The notes beneath the pieces were generated by a model. That model was not told where the DNA came from. It worked only from the letters and a program-made list of their open reading frames with translations, and did not search any database. From Antechinus flavipes (taxonomy: Eukaryota): DNA of 64,000 bases. The position numbers and the translations under genes were made by a program. Shown one piece after another: positions 62,988-64,000 of the stretch. The stretch is taken from the NCBI RefSeq assembly GCF_016432865.1, contig NC_067403.1, positions 254,882,001 to 254,946,000 of the forward strand, read 5' to 3'. Every line of letters begins with the position of its first letter. Position 1 is the first letter of the stretch.

Positions 62988-64000
62988 ATGGAGGAAGAAG
63001 ACGGCTCGCCCGTGGTGAAAGCCGGATCACAGCAGCAAACCTTTGTTCGGACGATCGAAGCCCCGGAAGGCTCTTTCCAGAACTCGACCGAAGTAAGGCC
63101 TCGTTTGGGACCACAGGCTGCCAGGAGCGCCCCGGACCCTAATCCTCAGTCTCCCATCCCCCAGCCCGCGCCCATCCCCACTGCTGCGGCCTCAGCCTCA
63201 GCCATCTCCAAACCAAGCCCTGTGCCCTCTCCTTTCCGGCTCTCTTCATTGCCCAGGGGCCACCTCACCTGGGAAGAAGGCTGAATATAATCAGGACCCT
63301 TTAGAAGGGGGGGGATGGGATGCCCTCCCCGGACCGAAGCTGGGGCTGGGGGCTTCGGCTCGTTCCCCTCCCTAGCCTCGGGCCTCCCTTTCTCCTTCCC
63401 TGGGCAGGAGTCCGAAGATTCCACGTTGGAGGAAAGCCTCGATTCCCAAAAGAAACCGCGGAAGCATAGATTCTCGTTAGTCCAGCGTATAAGCAAGTCG
63501 AGTAGGGAACGCGACAGCAGCGTAGACTCCGGCTCCAGCAGGGTTGCACCCCATAACTGGGGGGAGCCAAACGCCATCAGAGACGAGGGCCCGTTACAGT
63601 TTGCCCCCGGGCCGTCCAGTGGCTCGCTCGAGGGGCTCGCCCCCCACGAGCAGCCCTCAGCCTCGACCTCTCAGAACATCGGAGACGAAGAAAGTAAGAG
63701 AGGTCAGTCGGGGCTGGGGGCGGGGGATGCGCCCTGGCTGAGCGCTTCTGCGGGGCCGCAGGCGGGAGACGCCGGAGGGCGCGCTGGGATCTAGGGGAGG
63801 GGCCCCTCCCCTTCAGCGCACTTCCCAAGTCCTTGGAGGGGAAGAGCCGACACGCTAGGAGGAAACGTGATGCCCTCAGTGGCCATCCCCGGCCCTTCAG
63901 TGACTCAGAAAGGCTCCAAGTGACGACCCTAATAACCCTCCTCTCTTCCCAGACTTGCAATTCCAGAATTTGTTGGAGTCGCGCGATACTATGCACCGCG
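62988..64000 (+). CDS. CATSPERZ: CatSper channel auxiliary subunit zeta (TEX40), 5' partial model
   Basis: Exons 62988-63092 (MEEEDGSP...STE|GTAAGG), 63408-63693 (phase 1, |GTAAG) and 63953 to window end (NLQFQNLLESRDTMHR...). Supported by synteny after KCNK4, the MEE start, the acidic Ser-rich N-terminus, and MHR(A) matching the recalled human MPHRAYW block. Confidence 0.7.

Overview
Eukaryotic (mammalian) genomic DNA, very GC/CpG-rich. The SINE and LINE content (WSINE1-like, MAR1-like and MIR SINEs, L2, L1 tails) points to a marsupial, probably an Australian dasyurid (inference). I reconstructed seven multi-exon genes by hand from GT-AG junctions and reading phase, in the order known from human 11q13.1: FKBP2(+), PPP1R14B(-), PLCB3(+, 32 coding exons), BAD(-), GPR137(+), KCNK4(+) and CATSPERZ/TEX40(+, runs off the right edge). 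There is no CRISPR array, rRNA or tRNA gene; most six-frame ORFs are GC- or repeat-driven noise. The strongest oddities are: (1) a spliced intron in the PLCB3 X-Y linker that appears to be coding sequence in human; (2) an antisense promoter and strong donor inside the BAD 3' UTR, a candidate distal GPR137 first exon that would place all BAD coding exons inside a GPR137 intron; (3) a U12-type PLCB3 intron filled by a SINE-derived minisatellite; (4) a 1-nt frame defect in PLCB3 exon 26; (5) a dual-coding GPR137 last exon; (6) an overlapping uORF at the KCNK4 start; (7) several minisatellites apparently born from transposon fragments; and (8) CTCF motifs formed by SINE heads. Human comparisons come from recalled sequences, not database searches, and need alignment to confirm.
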